A stretch of 64,000 bases of DNA. It comes from Gammaproteobacteria bacterium (GTDB lineage: Bacteria; Pseudomonadota; Gammaproteobacteria; CAKMZV01). The text below holds more notes on this DNA, generated by a model. That model saw only the letters and a program-made list of their open reading frames with translations, searched no databases and was not told where the DNA came from. The stretch is not shown here. The stretch spans positions 6,069-70,068 of the forward strand of contig CBDCOD010000017.1 of the NCBI GenBank assembly GCA_965219665.1, in the 5' to 3' direction. Positions within the stretch are counted from its first letter, which is position 1.

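Noticed and set aside
61830-62290. The lectin-like domain as a diversity-generating retroelement (DGR) target.
   Set aside because: There is no reverse transcriptase and no template repeat with adenine-specific mismatches anywhere in the window. The domain is also not at the C-terminus, where DGR variable regions normally sit.
22821-64000. Classifying the giant protein as an RTX/T1SS adhesin (LapA/SiiE-like).
   Set aside because: I saw no GGxGxDxUx nonapeptide repeats. The C-terminus is a hydrophobic helix plus an Arg cluster instead of an unstructured T1SS signal. No T1SS genes are present on the 3' side. The 5' side is outside the window, so this remains to be checked.
1-64000. Mobile elements, prophage, a genomic-island boundary, and tRNA or rRNA genes.
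   Set aside because: I recognised no integrase, transposase or phage-like ORFs, no tRNA-like sequences and no direct-repeat island borders. The giant gene looks like an accessory-type locus, but no mobility signature is visible in this window.

Overview
The window has two parts. Positions 1-22.8 kb look like ordinary proteobacterial chromosome, gammaproteobacteria-like judging from the RNase P RNA and gene content. It carries these features:
- A compact minus-strand operon for a bufferin-type RiPP: DUF2282 precursor, DUF692 MNIO enzyme and DUF2063 partner, followed by a translationally coupled ECF sigma / putative anti-sigma pair.
- A Ca-binding-repeat lipoprotein next to a membrane-anchored LuxR-type regulator.
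- Split transhydrogenase genes pntAA-pntAB-pntB.
- EamA, TRIC and LysE family transporters, and a secreted FGE-family enzyme.
- A ProVWX-like ABC importer, a VOC protein and an OpgC-like protein.
- pyrF, gluQ, a TauE/SafE permease, RNase P RNA (rnpB, invisible in the ORF track) and malate synthase G.

Positions 22,821-64,000 (64% of the window) are a single uninterrupted minus-strand ORF of at least 13,714 codons. Its frame is still open at the window edge, so the true N-terminus lies outside the window. It encodes a giant, acidic, apparently almost Cys-free repeat protein. From N- to C-terminus I read:
- cadherin-like modules and a C-type-lectin-like insert;
- about 48 beta-sandwich modules of about 120 aa, including a 12-kb array of 6.6 near-identical 1827-bp tandem units;
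- about 50 canonical Calx-beta domains;
- a thrombospondin type-3 repeat block and a Cys-containing C-terminal domain;
- a tripartite C-terminal sorting signal (GGC, hydrophobic helix, RRRY).

A small frameshifted ORF next to rnpB ends in the same kind of sorting tail. I saw no transposase, integrase, CRISPR array, tRNA or rRNA.
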